64,000 bases of DNA, taken from assembly GCA_030295235.1 (NCBI GenBank), contig AP026162.1, positions 682,001 through 746,000 of the forward strand. The letters run 5' to 3'. The translations under genes and the position numbers were made by a program. Shown one piece after another: positions 12,491-25,944 of the stretch. The notes beneath the pieces are model-generated. The model had not been told where the DNA came from and made no database searches. It saw nothing but the letters and a program-made list of their open reading frames with translations. Numbering within the stretch: position 1 is the stretch's first letter; each line of letters opens with the position of its first letter. The DNA is from Fistulifera solaris (taxonomy: Eukaryota).

Positions 12491-12841
12491 GGTCGTGCTT
12501 TGAAGAATGCGAGAAAGCTTTAGAAGAACAAAAAAAAAAGTGAGTGTGGCGTTCGAGTTTTTGTGTTTCGCGAAAAATGGTTGACATCTCCCCTTCTGTG
12601 ACTGTGACCTTGTCTTCGACTCCGCCCGTGGGAGTACGGAATTCTTTTCCGTTGAAAGATGGTGTTGCATAGAGTGAGTGTCGCACAGGATTCCGTTGAA
12701 AACGTGAGTGGTGAGTCACACACGGAAGCGAGTGTTGATGCGCGATCTTGCACTTTCCCATTGCACCTCTATTTCATGACAAGGCGCACCATTTAAACGT
12801 GAAGTTCATCTATTTACAACTCGTCCAGCCTCCCATTTATC

Positions 12842-13815
12842 ATGTTTGTGTCTACTGTCAACGCTGTTTTTACTCTCCTCGCGTGTGCCTCCATGGGTAT
12901 GGCTTTTACGCCAAAGCCGATGCTGCAACGGACCCACGTCAGTACAACATCCCTCGAGATCGGGGGCTTGTTTCAAAGTTTCTTCGGAAAACAGATGCCG
13001 AAATTACGGACACTGTATTTTTTGACGTCAGTATTGGTGGGCAGCCGGCGGGTCGTATCGAAATGGGACTCTACGGCAACGTTGTGCCCAAGACGACAGA
13101 GAACTTCAAGCAACTTTGCAGCGGCAAGCCAGGATTTGGCTACGAGGGCTCTATCTTTCATCGTATTATCCCGGGTACGAGCCTATGAAACACAGTATCG
13201 TTGGAAGAAGCTATGATAACTCACACAACTTTTCGTTGCTTTTAGGTTTCATGTGCCAGTAAGGAACATTTTGTTGGTTCATACGGTTTCGATCCGCGTC
13301 AACTCACACACCTTGTTAATTGCATCTTATTCTCATCGCTTACTAAAATTTTTAGAGGGTAGGTCGACTGTGTAACCATTTTCGCTTTTGATAGCTGTCT
13401 GACGAAAACTCCCCGCAGAGGCGACTTCACGAACTTCAACGGAACGGGTGGTAAATCGATTTACGGAAAAACATTCGCTGACGAGAACTTCGATATTGCT
13501 CACGGAGGACCCGGTACTTTAAGTATGGCGAATGCCGGACCCAACACAAATGGAAGTCAGTTCTTCATCACGACAGGTAAGTTTAACCTTTTAGTCTAGT
13601 CCAACGACTCGGGGAAAGTCTTCTCGTCGACTCTGTACTCAGATTGAATGGCTGCTTTCCTTCATCCAGGCGCTACACCATGGTTGAACGGCAAGCATAC
13701 AGTTTTCGGAAAAGTCACAAAAGGCATGGAGATTGTTCGAAAGATCGAGGCCAAAGGCTCTGAACTCGGCAGACCGTCAGCTGAAGTCAAGATTACAAAA
13801 AGTGGTGCTCTGTAA
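12842..13815 (+). CDS. Plastid-targeted cyclophilin PPIase (5 exons, including 13-nt and 3-nt microexons)
   Basis: Signal peptide ending GMA|F. Exons ..13174, 13246-13258, 13356-13358, 13419-13576 and 13670-13815 splice to [28 protein letters not shown]...[33 protein letters not shown]. Homopolymer frameshift near 12990. Confidence 0.95.
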
Positions 13816-14123
13816 ACGCTGCGCGTCAAACGAGTACTTTTATCAAAATGATAATCTAGATGATTGAGTTACCTGGTAAAAACGACTATTCTTTGTCGAG
13901 GGTTTAATAACTAATTAGTCTTCAACGTGGATTGTGTATACAATGATATTTTCGTGAAAAGCGGCGCGTTGATTTTTCATGTCGTGATACTTCCTCAGAA
14001 TCCGACCTCATAAGCTCCACTTTTCAACTTGATGAATACAAAAGCCTAACTAACCGGCCTTGTCGCCTAATTGAAATGAAGCATTGGCATGCCTTCAGTG
14101 AAATAAAGGTATGAGTTGGCCCT

Positions 14124-14723
14124 TCATTTGTCCTCCTTAGATTTCTTCTCTTTTTTACTCTTTTTCTTCTTCTTTCTCTCTCTCTTATCTTGGTCTGAAG
14201 ATTGGGCAGAGCTTTCCTCTTTGTTCGTGTCTCCGTCCCGAACCGATTCTTCCACACTCGCGCTGGCACCACTCTCACTGCGTCTCCATTTGGCTAGCTT
14301 TTGCGAAGGCGCCGCGCGCATGCCAAACCGTGCTCCACCTGTGGCTTCGAACAGCTCTTCATCGGTATACTCGCGTTTGCGTTTGCTCGACTTTTTCTTT
14401 TTCTGTTTGCTCCCAAGCCTGGCTAGCGTATCGCCGAGACTATCTTTCCACCATTGCTCTCCGGCAGCACGCTTTTCTGTGGCAACTTTCTCAATACCAA
14501 GCCCCGCCTTCTCCTCTCTCTTCTTCACCTTCACATGAGTTGTGATTCCATCCCGTTTCTTACCGAGACCGGTCCCTTCTGTCCACCCCATTTTCTCGAG
14601 TTGCTTTCTCGCGAAGGCTGACGTCGGCGCCGATAAATGTTCTTGCAAAGAACTTCCATGCTTCTTGCGAAGCTTTGATCCGGCCAAATCAACCATTACA
14701 TCTGCGTTTGCCATCGTATTCAC
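14124..14723 (-). CDS. G-patch domain protein (PinX1/GPATCH4-like)
   Basis: FARKQLEKMGWTEGTGLGKKRDGI G-patch motif and KE-rich tail. Confidence 0.88.
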   Translation of the reverse strand: MNTMANADVMVDLAGSKLRKKHGSSLQEHLSAPTSAFARKQLEKMGWTEGTGLGKKRDGITTHVKVKKREEKAGLGIEKVATEKRAAGEQWWKDSLGDTLARLGSKQKKKKSSKRKREYTDEELFEATGGARFGMRAAPSQKLAKWRRSESGASASVEESVRDGDTNKEESSAQSSDQDKRERKKKKKSKKEKKSKEDK

Positions 14724-15157
14724 TCTTTGAAGGTCAAGAACACTGCGGGTTATTAAACGTGACGCAAAAGCAATGTCAACGTTCTCATACGTCGACCGAA
14801 AATGAACACGAAAGAAATAATAATGGTGGAAAACAAAAAGGAACGCTCCGCGCGTCCGGACAGATGGACAAACCGAACTATACCGACGTCATATTCGTGA
14901 CTCTGACTCTATGGAGCCAGTCATGGGTGAATATTTGTGTAAACGAAAAATTGTGAATGTGAAACACCTATGTCCACCTGGCTTGTTCAGAAAGGAATAG
15001 CGAAGTAATCCGGAAGACAAAAATAGGTTTTCGCTATTGTTACAAACTTATTGAGGAACGAGTGAAGGTATGTTTGCGATTCGCAATTGTACTGCTGTGT
15101 GTTCTGAGAGATGTCTGCGAAAAAATAGCAAATGAAAACACCTCACCTAGACTTCCA

Positions 15158-16154
15158 TCAAACAGTTTCCGATTGAATGGACGAATGCAAGTGATTTCTT
15201 TCTGCTTCGTCGCTGTCTGACAGTGCAACCTTCACGTCGTCTTGAATGCCCCCGAATAAAGGATCAAAACCATTCGCTGAACTTGTAATCGACGGTGCTT
15301 TCTTTTGTGATGATAAGCCGTCTTTACTTGGTATCGCCTCTACACCTTTGAACATTCCCTGCTGCATTTGCATCATTTGCATATGCTGCATCTGCATTAG
15401 CTGCATTTGTTGCCACATGACTGGGTTATGCTGCATTGCCATCTGGGGACCCAGCATCGGCATTGCAGGATATCCAAAGCTTCCCATTGTACCTTGCATG
15501 TTCGCGAAAGGCTGCGGATGTGATGGTGCAGCTTGTACTTTGGTTCCAGAGTTGTTCGACATTTGTGTACAAAGTTCGGGGTTGTCCCGAGAAAACAATT
15601 TATGATAATACGAACCCGTTTCTGGACCGCGTGAGATTCGGCTGAAGCCCCAGCGATTCAATTTTCTTGTAAAAGAGGCAAATCGACTCCCTCTAAAGTA
15701 CAATGGAAGGATTTCCGACTCAAAAATTTTCTTTTTATGAATCATGAATGCATTTCCGTGATCGCACCAAGAAACGACATGTGAATGAGACCCATCCGAC
15801 AGTATATCCATGAGCTGGTTTGTGGCAAAGTATCAGGAAGACGAGTGTTTGTAAAAGATGTAAGGCTTTCGATCTGGTAAACGTTATAAAACGGTGTGGT
15901 GAAAGAGTCGGAGGTCTTTCGATCAGCTACGAGCTATGACCGTCGGAAGAAGTGGCTGTCACAAATGATTCTCGGAGAGGAAATTGTACAAACAATGACA
16001 ATGTAAATGCATCACTTACTTTCTGCGGAAAAGTGCGCGTAGAGTCATCCGCGAAACCTTTCGTTTCGTTATATTGATCCATCGTCATTGCAAAAGCAGC
16101 ATATTCATTCTCTCCTCTGCCGACAAACCCAACGGAACTTGCTTCGTCTGCCAT
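15158..16154 (-). CDS. Heat shock transcription factor
   Basis: TFPQK|LMDIL...VVSWCDHGNAFMI...FASFTRKLNRWGF...YYHKLFSR. Intron 15815-16019. Q/M-rich region. Confidence 0.92.
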
Positions 16155-16838
16155 ACTATTCTATTTTACTTGTCACTCTGTTCCATTCAATGAGAGACTA
16201 TAGAACGGATTCAAGTCGGTTGTAGAGTTACAAGTACTGTACCTGGAAATAAATTGTTTTCCTCGATCAAGTGTGTCTTCATGGTCAAGGGAAAAAAGAT
16301 CCTCGAATGAATATACTCTATCACACCGGTACCGCATGTTGAGCACGAGCTATCGTATAAAGTGTAGTCTTGACGACGTTCTTTGCGTGAAACTTCAGTC
16401 CCGAAAAATGTAATTGACATTCATACCTTTGCTCTTGTTTAGTCACTGAGCAAATGACTTTGCTTTCACAATCAACTTTATATAGTGTTCAAAGGCTTGA
16501 ACTTTAAGTGAATCGACAACATCAACGGATTACTGTGTACAATAGAGGGGCAACCCTATGTCGGTGCGAGCACTTTTTCAAGCAATCAACTCTGCCCCCG
16601 ACACTCAACAAATGTTGGTCTTAGTCGCTGTGGCCATTTCTAATGGAATCACTGTCCGTTGTAAAGCTGACATTGTCCTTCCAGTCATGCCGATATTTTC
16701 CGTTTGACACTTGACAAGACTAACATTACGTGTTCACCACCTAATCCGTAGTCTGTATCGTTTTAAAAAGTTAGTCTACATAGATTAGTGACCGAAAAAG
16801 ACGGCACTGCCTTCTTCTCAGCCGTTTGGTTCTCGAGT

Positions 16839-18331
16839 CTACTTGTTTTCGCCATTGATTTTCTTCAGCAAGAAAATGCTACTCAACGAATCCTGAACTG
16901 CTTTGTCAGGGGTCGATGCCCCCGAAGTAACACCCATGACAACGTCCTTACTAAGGTCTTCAATAAATTTCTCCGTGACGATTTCTCCTGTGACCGTGCG
17001 GTGCGTAATGGTGTTATCAGCCCCAATGCACTCCGCGCGGTCGATGTGGAAAGATCGGATACCAGCGTGGTGCGGAATCTCCAAAGGTGAGCTGTGTTGG
17101 ATGAATCCCATCCTCCAACAACCAAAATAAAGTCGAGACCATCAGCCTTGGCAATATCAACGAGCTCGACCACGGCGTCTTGTCGTTCCTGAGCAAGCAT
17201 GTTAAAGTGAGATTAACGTCGAAGTACAAAAAAAAAAACCTCATCGCTTACCTGTGTAGCATCACAAATGGTATCAAACTCCATGTAATGGTTTTTGATT
17301 TCTGCAGGACCAAATTTCTTCATCATTGTTTTCTGCAAGAGCTGGCCAATCGCTCGTGTCTCCTTCTTGTACATAGTGGTCTGATTGGCCAATCCGATCT
17401 TCTTGAGCATTACGTCAGGGTCGAATCCTTTGCTCACACCTTTTTCAAAATGCTTCATGAAAGCCTCTTTATCACCACCGTTGAGAATGTAGTTCGAAAG
17501 CATTTCGGCTTCTTTCATATCTTTGACACAAATGTAGTCTTCGCAGAACGAGGTTGTTGCTACAGTCTCCTCATGTGCGTATTTCCCATGAATCACACTA
17601 GTCATGCCCGCTTTTTGGTGCTTATCAACAGAGTTCCAAACTTTTGAAACCCAGGGACAAGTCGTATCGACCACTTCAACGTTCTGCGAACCAACGCTGA
17701 GTCTATGCCATCGAGCGGGGATCAACAACTCTTGACGAACCAGGGAGACTTACCATCTTATCAAAACGGTCCATTTCCTCGAAAGAAGCTCCAAACGCCG
17801 GTAAAATCACAACATCTCCTTCCTTTACAGTGTCGAAATTCTTTTTTCCGTCATCGAGCTTCTCAATGAACTGCACATTCATGTCTTCGAGCTTTTCGTT
17901 CACCTCAGGGTTGTGGATCAGTTCGTTCGTGATGTGCACCGTCTTGCCAGGATAATGCTCCACAGCTTCGTACGCGAGGGCAATACTACGCTCAACACCC
18001 CAACAAAATCCAAAATCCTTGGCGAGGTATACTTTTACACCATCGCGTTCCATGATATAGTTGCTCTCTCGCAATTGCTGGACGATTTCACCTTTGAACT
18101 GTTCCTCCATGCTTTTCTCGACTCCTTCCCGGACTTCTTTGAATCCTTGTCGATAGAATTGCGGAGATTTCATCATGCGCAAGCGTTCTTCCTTTTGGAT
18201 AAAGCACGCTCTTCGGTAGAGGACGATTGCTGGAGAACTGTTGCCGCGCGACGAGGACTTGCCGACAGAGGCCGGAATGCATCGGCACTCGTCGCCGCAA
18301 AAAGAGCCAAGCAAACAGAGGAGAATTTCAT
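16839..18331 (-). CDS. ispH: 4-hydroxy-3-methylbut-2-enyl diphosphate reductase (LytB/HDR), plastid-targeted
   Basis: MKFSSVCLALFAATSADA|F presequence, FGFCWGVERS, DTTCPWV, DTICDATQERQ, GVTSGASTPD. Two introns plus frameshifts. Confidence 0.96.
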
Positions 18332-18858
18332 TGTATCGTTTCGAATATTACTTTGCAACAAGCGGAAAGTCACCTAAACTTTGTTTCGAATTAAAAAGAC
18401 AGAACAATACTGGATTGAAAGCACATGCATGTCTGCAACTAACAGCAACAAGGAAAAAACGTGCACATGGATCTGCGTGAAAATGGCGTTCAACATTCGG
18501 GTTCACGATGACGTGTATGTTGCCCTGTATGATATAAAAGTAGCCTGGTGATGATTCATTCGTGAATGAATCATCGCCCGTCATCTTCGATTTCGTTGAC
18601 GTGACACGTACAGACCTCTACCTTAAACCCTAACAATGAAGCAAGAGAATGCCTCCGTCGCACATCGCACAACGAAAAAAGACAAAAAAAAAGAGATGCA
18701 TGCGCGAACATAAAAATCGAGCAAAAGGGCATTCGGATCGATTATTATCAAAATAGCCCTGTATCGTTTACAAGTAAGAGAGCTTGATCCTCGCTCGTGC
18801 TCTCTACCAGCTGAAGTGTTGAATAAGGCGTGTTGAGAATACAGTTGACGCAAAAAAA

Positions 18859-19733
18859 ATGAGCAATATCCACGGTCTTTTTTAGCGGGAGAAACGACGA
18901 CGATGACAGCGACGATGAGAACAATCGATTCGTCGGAGGAATCGGTGAACGCGGTGGTGGAAGGTAAGAATAGGGAAGCATATGTCTCGTGTGTTTTCTT
19001 TGCCTCATACAGAGTTTGCTTACTTCCATCGTATCTAATTTTTCGCGCAGCGGCTTAGCGGTTCGACCAAATCCAGAATCGATCTTCTCGCGAGCTGAAG
19101 ACGCCACAGCAGATGATGAAGGTCAAGTGCAACGCACTATTACTATGGTAAGTTTCAAAACGTCAGAGTGCTTCTTTACACAAAACACTTCTAATCTTGT
19201 TGTATTTGCGTCAACAGTATCGAGACGGTTTTGTTGTAGATGACGGCCCTTATCGCCGATTAGATGATCCCAGCAATGGAGACTTCCTTCGCTCGCTTGC
19301 CATGGGACGAACACCGGCGGAGCTAGCGGGCGATGGCGATGTCGTGGTAGGATTAATTGACAAACGCCACGAAGAGTACGTTGAAAAATTCCAATCCTTT
19401 TCGGGTGAAGGGAACAGCCTCGGTGGCACCGCGAGCGCCAGTACCGACGGCGCATTCGATCCAGCATCGCTTCCAGAGAGTCCTCCTCCCGTGGACGATC
19501 ACAAACCCGTGACTTCCATTCAAATACGCCTCCCGGACGGAAGCCGTCGTGTGGTGCGCATCAACTTGTCCATGACCGTCGGCGATCTCGCGGCGCATTT
19601 GCGTTCTGATGCGGGCTCCGAACCCTTTCGCCTTGTCGCAGGATTTCCTCCCAAACCATTGACGGATGCCAGTGCCACTGTGGAGGGAGCGGGATTGAAA
19701 GGCGCGCAAGTGTCATTGCAGAAAGTAAACTAA
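18859..19733 (+). CDS. NSFL1C: p47/Shp1-type p97 cofactor (SEP + SHP + UBX)
   Basis: MSNIHG..., RTITM|YRDGFVVDDGPYR (SEP), FSGEGNSLG (SHP box), IQIRLPDG...AGFPPKPL (UBX). Introns about 18964-19050 and 19149-19217. Confidence 0.88.
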
Positions 19734-20364
19734 GATTTTATCGCACGCGGAACTTTCACCGGAGTTCTTGTTGCTAGAATCCATTCTTTTTTTAAAAAAA
19801 TCTCATACTTATACTGAGTGAACTGGTCGCCGAAATTGTCTTCAAGGCTATTTGATCTTAATGTAGTTAAGGTTGGCGTCCTTCGTCCCTCTAGCTTGGA
19901 GGGAACTTTTTCGAGCGCCTTCTTGTACTCAATGACATAGAGTAAATGAAACGCGGGCGGGGGCAAAAATTCCAGTAGTAGCGCTACGTAGTACAGTTTG
20001 GTTCGGTCTCGATCATTTCGCCAACGATCCGCGCCAGAACTACCCTCTACTGTTTCTATCATAGTAGGAACGCCACCCGCTCCGGTGCAATTTTGAGCCC
20101 ATTTTGCGTGTGGTGTTCGCGGCGACGAGAGAGTGCTCATTGACACAGTTGACCGCGGATAGTTTTGACTTTGTTGAAAGCAATTGACAACCAGCAAACT
20201 ATTTGACCGTTTGCTCATTAAACAGATCATCCTCATTATCACAGCCTCTCTCGACATTCAGTTGACACTGCGGAGTAGCCAGCAACTTTACTGACGGTTT
20301 CACAGCACGACCGTCATTTTCTCGTCCCTGAGTCTTTTCTTGCGCTCTGTAATTAGGTCCGAAG

Positions 20365-22469
20365 ATGTTTTATTCACAAATCATTCTCGCAAAGAAAGGC
20401 CCCCTGGGTAAAATCTGGCTGGCAGCGCATTGGGGTGATAAGAAGCTCGCCCGTCCCGCCATCTTCTCGACCGACATTTCGGCTTCTGTCGATAGCATTG
20501 TGCACCCACAAATCCCGTTGGCGTTGCGTGTATCGGGACACTTGTTGCTCGGTGTCGTCCGAATTTACTCCCGAAAGGTCAAATACTTAATGCACGACTG
20601 TCATGAAGCCATGGTCAAGATGAAGACGGCCTTCCGGTCCGCTCAGGATAAAGCAAATAACGCGAATGGAAATATTACAATTACCACCCACGCGGCTGGT
20701 CGTGGCAGCAACTTGAATGTCGCAAACTTTGGGGAAGCACAGGATGCTGTTGCTACTCTTATTGTAGATGAAGCTTTTACGTCCCTTTTGACATCAATGA
20801 CGATGCTATTGCGGAAGATTGGATTCCGGCTGACGTGAACGACACGCTGGACGCCAGTCGGAACGAGTCAACTGTGCGCGGCGGAACGTCGCCGGGAGCT
20901 GCTCATGATACTTCCTCACTCTTCAATGTGACCGGCAATCTGCGGAACTCGGACGAGAACGAGTGGACTGCATTCGATCCTGATGAAGACAACGTTCCCG
21001 GCGCAGAAGAGTCAACTGTTTCGGATATTGAAATTCGACGAGCAGCGGATGAATCATTACAGTCAGGCTCTCTGGTAAGTGATACAAGCATAGTTGCTTA
21101 TCTACGATTAACGAATTTAACATGTCCTTAACCTTGTTTCTTCCTCTTTCTCAGAATGCACGGGTTTCGCTGCAAGGCGTCGAGAAACGGATCGCTTCAC
21201 CCGGCGATGACGACGACATGAATGTGCCTTTTCCCGATGACGACGAAGAGGATCTCCCACCGGTGAACTTTGATAATGACGACGCAGCTGGATTCGGTGA
21301 GAGTCATGCAAGCATGAACCTATCTCTTTCTCGAGACGATTCGACCGCAGAGAAATCCACCACTGGCAATGCCATCAACATTGGAGGGCTCGACGACAGT
21401 TCGAACGAAGGCGACGAAACAAACCGAAAACGCAAGCGTCGGACTTCCAAGACAACTCGCAAGCGTCGCCGTATTCATATTGACGAACGAACGGAGTTAC
21501 GAGGCACGGAGGTCAAAGCCTCTCTTGAGGATACGAGTGATATCACGAATACGTTCTTTGTTCATCCAGCAACGTGGGTTGAAGGTGTTCCCCAGCAGGG
21601 CAAGGAGAAGAACGATCGAGATCTACTTCGGTCGTACTTGTCGTTTACGAAACAGTTCACTCGACCGGCTATCGCAGAGGACGGACAACTTGCGCCAGTG
21701 TTGCTGGAGCTTTGGGCCCGCAACGCTGCCCCTGTACTAGGGAAACCCTTTCCTTACGATGAAGACCAACCTGCGGAAAATGAAGTTGAATTACCTCGGC
21801 GGGGAAACGGAGACGAGGAGATGAGTCAGAGAGAGATGGACGACAATGAAATGCGTCCCAACCTTGACGATGACGACGCATTTGTACCACCACCCGATGA
21901 TGACGAAGATATGCCTCCTGTCAATTTCAACGACGACGATGACGCGCATAACCAAAACGAGTTTGGACTCGAGGCTACGTTTGAAGAGAAGAGTAAGTTA
22001 GCCGCGCATGGCGAACACTTTGTATTTACCTCATTTTGTCTGACTATTGGTTTTGCTAAGGTCCGGGTGATAGCCGGTATTCCGATCTTGGTATCTCGCT
22101 TGGTATGGTCAACGATCTGAATGAAGATCTTATTGGTGAGGATGAGGACGATGATCCGCGTCAATCTATTGGCGATGAGCTAGTTTCCAGTAATTCGAAG
22201 TGGCACAAACACACCATCACTGTTTACAATTTTTTGAAACGAAAGATGGCCGACCCGAATAGCAAAGACGATGAGAATGAAGACAAACCGAGCGTCATTC
22301 TGTTTGACGATTTGAGCAGGATTGCTCTCGTCGCAGTGCCGCAGGTGTTTTTTTCGAGTTGCTTCAGCTGAAAACCTGGGACTACGTCGAGCTTGGTCAA
22401 GAAGAGAGCTACGGAACAATCAAAATCGCTCCTGGAGCCAAGTTTTCGGAAGGGGCCCCATCCCTCTAA
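20365..22469 (+). CDS. RAD21: Cohesin kleisin Rad21/Scc1
   Basis: [23 protein letters not shown]...[20 protein letters not shown]-terminus and [25 protein letters not shown]-terminal winged helix. Two introns plus frameshifts. Confidence 0.93.
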
Positions 22470-24203
22470 TTGAAAGCCATCACCTCTATTCGTAATTTCC
22501 GGTAGCGATTGTGGCGTCGACGCGAGCGACATGGCTATCCGAATACTGATACGGCAATAGCGCTTCTTTGTGTTGATAGACTCTAATGATTTGTAGCCAT
22601 ATTTCCTTTACTTTTCTTTGCTACTTCATAAAGCAAATCACTTTGCAATTCTATGGAAAAGCTGCAGCGCTTCGTTTTTAAACGCCGCACGAAATCGGGC
22701 TACACCCCCATTTCTGTTATCCAAAAGAGAATTCGCTCAGTCTTTTTTTCATGATTCACCGCTCTCGCGTCGTTATATATTGACGATGCTGATGACTTCA
22801 ACGTCGAGAAATGTAGATCCGGTTAGGATAACAGTCTCTTCATCTGTACGTTCCATTGATTCTAAAGGTCTTTGACACGCGCGTACTGCGAAACTGCCAT
22901 GTAGGTGAAACAGGAATATAATATTCTACGGAGTATGCATTTTCCAAGGACGTCCTTTCTACTTTGCCTTTTCGCTTGTTCGTGGTGTCCTACAAAGAGA
23001 CTAATCAGCCTAATCAGCTGCATTCTGCGGTCTCACGTTCAACAACGAGTCGATCGGAAACTAGATTATGCACCCAATGCCAATGGTTGTAGAAGAAAAA
23101 AAAAGAAGCAACTTGGCGAATAAGTTGTGGTCTCACCATTCATACATGAAGCATCACGTTAGAAGATGACTCGACTCGATGAGATTGTAAACTTTTCATC
23201 GCAGCTCGACAAGCAAAACAATCATCACATCGTTGAAAACATAGTCTGCTTGATTGTTCCCGGAGCTGGCCCCGTACAAGTTGCATGCACCGCACGAGTC
23301 ATGTCGCTATCGTAGATCAAAATGCATTTGTAATGATTTGTGAACCAAGAAAGTTGAAGCTGATTATTGATGAAGGATGACAACAGAGGTCTTTAAAAGG
23401 ATTGCCTGCGACGTCAACTTTACTGTTTTTCGCTTCAGTCCGCAGTTCCGACCATCCAGCAGAAAAACATGAAATAAAGCAGCGACGAGGATGCTTCAGG
23501 AGAAGCACGTCGTGGTCATATGACTGTCGCCTGCTAGACTAGTTCAATACAAACAACTCTCCGTTTTCCGTGCAAAATTAATTTCGTGTCCATATCGAAA
23601 CCGCAAGAAGATTCGAAAATTTCAAGCATATCAAAGCAGCGTCACAACTCTCTTTAAAAGAAGCAAATAAACAACCATGCATATGTGTGACCATGCATGA
23701 GCATAAAAGAGTGACCTTCGGTATCATGGAGTAGTTTACCGATATTCCACTCAGCCCGACGCTACCGATGGGCGACTTCTCGCGAGCTCTTTCCGCTTTT
23801 CCGAGGAACTCTTTTCGACCGACTCTCTCTTCAAACCATTGAATTTTAATTTGGCCCATCGTGAGGTGGTTTGTATGAACACAGCGATAAATTCTAGAGC
23901 AAGAGAATTCATTCGGACTTTAGGAAATTAGGAATAAATATAATAGCCCAACAACATACCATGGTTGTCTAACAAACACAAGGTAAAAAAAAGCGTGGAA
24001 ATTTCACGTAAAGTTGACGGATTTCTATTAATGATGTAAAACCGTTTCGACGCGTCTAACTACTTGTCTGGCCGTCCCCGGTTACCCGTCGAGGAGATTT
24101 TTTTGCTGTTGCGTTTTTGTCGGCACAATGGCGCGCATTCTGTTTGTCTACAAGACAACGTTGCGGGCTCTTTATTCATTCTTAATATTCGTAACAATAA
24201 GAA

Positions 24204-24969
24204 ATGTCTTGGAAAGCGGGATTGTCACGGTACTTGCCGAGCTTGCGATTTTTCGCTTGCCCGAATAGTCCTTCATCGCGAGGTGTCATGTAAGACTTTT
24301 TCTCAATTTGCGCTGCTGCTCGATCAACGTAAGCCTTGCCCACGTCTCACATAGTGATTCTCGTCAAACGAAAGGCAATACTATGTAAAGAATTACGATG
24401 AACTGAAATTGCTGAACCCTAATTTCCCATTAATGATGCGCACGGTGGAGAACGCGATGCCGGCGGTTACCACCGAGCTCGAATGGACGATGGATGATCT
24501 TCTTCGCTTCATGATTCAGACCGGCCGTTTCCGTGATAACAATGGAACCATTTCGGAGGCACGTGTGGAAGCTGCGAAGGCATATTTAAGCACTGACTGG
24601 AAGAAAATGGCAGTCGAACGTTGGAAGTCTCCCGGATTCGATCCTGAAAGACCTTACCTGGATGACGATGAGCCGGAATGGAAGGATAACGCTCAAATTA
24701 AAAGTGATCTTGCTACATACTTTAGCATGAAGGACGCTATGAAGGAGCAGCTTGATATTATCAAGAGTGGTCCTAACGACGAATTCACCCGCGCAGAGAA
24801 TGCTCTTCTCATGTGCCAACGAGTTGACCTGTGGTGTGCTGGACCCAAAGAAGTCGAACGAGCAGTACAACATCTTTACAAGCTTGGTCGTAAATTGAAT
24901 GAGCGCGAAGTGGATTACCCTGCTTTCATCGCCGAGTTCTACCCTGGAGTCGATGACATGGCAGCTTAA
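24204..24969 (+). CDS. Complex I B8/NDUFA2-like (L51/S25/CI-B8 domain) protein with C-terminal extension
   Basis: Spliced over intron 24290-24374: MSWKAGLSRYLPSLRFFACPNSPSSRGVMQYYVKNYDELKLLNPNFPLMMR. Confidence 0.75.
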
Positions 24970-25129
24970 ATTGAATAGTTTTAATTTATTTATCAATCCC
25001 CTCTTTGTCGTTCATAAGGAGGCTGAAAAGGAAGTAGGTGATAAACGTTTAGTCAATCTATAGAAATAAAAGGGAAATACTCAGTAACAAATCAAAGATA
25101 GAACCTTTCACGGATCGGCATAGATCTAT

Positions 25130-25944
25130 TTATCCAGATCGAATACCCCCGATAAAGCCAGCCGCGAAACCCGAACCTGATGGCAAATTGTACGTTAACA
25201 CTTCCATCAACTTGTCGTACGCCAACTGTCCATCGCCGCGATCAATCTTTCCGTCCTTATTCATATCAAAAAATCCTTCTACTTCTTCTCGCAGTTTCCC
25301 ATGATTGACTGTGATGTATCCTTGATTCGCTAGTGTTTGTAAGCCTATAAATCCAAGTCCTTTGTTGCAAACGCAGACCATTCGACAATGAGCATTCTCA
25401 ATTTAGGACACATGGAAATCGTTGCGATGAACACAACAAGTGTCAAACGTACCAAAAATAAGCCCCGCAGCTTTTCCGACCTTTTTCATTGCAAATCCAG
25501 AGCAATAACCGGAAATGAACCCGTACGAGACTTCCGTGGGGAGTCCTGTGTCAATGGCGCTTTGCACCTAGCAATCGTATTTCAAAGCGAACGATTCAAA
25601 CAGCGCGAATAGATGACATGTAAGTAATCATCGTCCAGACTATTCTTTTCAAAGTCATCGATTCCGCGTACCTTTTGTCCTGCAGTGACTGCCAAATCGT
25701 CCCAGAATGATCCAGTCGGAAATTGCGCGATTTTGTTGAAGTCGAGTGATACTTGTTCCTCTTTCTTTTCCTCCTTGGGGATGACTTTATTATTTCTCGA
25801 AAACCATCCACCGAAGATTCCCCTACTTTCCTGACAAAGAGTGTTGGATTCTTTGTTGGTATAATAGCCAATCATCGTGGCCCCAGTCATCCAGACCATT
25901 TGTCTTTGCAAGTGCATTTGATTGAAAGCGAAACGAGAAAGCAT
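25130..25944 (-). CDS. FUN14-domain mitochondrial membrane protein with EF-hand-like loop
   Basis: Middle exon EVSYGFISGYCSGFAMKKVGKAAG and last exon LGFIGLQTLANQGYITVNH...DMNKDGKID...GFAAGFIGG. Two introns. Confidence 0.82.

Noticed and set aside
19730..20257. 175-aa minus-strand ORF between p47 and Rad21
   Set aside because: No recognisable motif, and it overlaps the probable Rad21 promoter. Unsupported.
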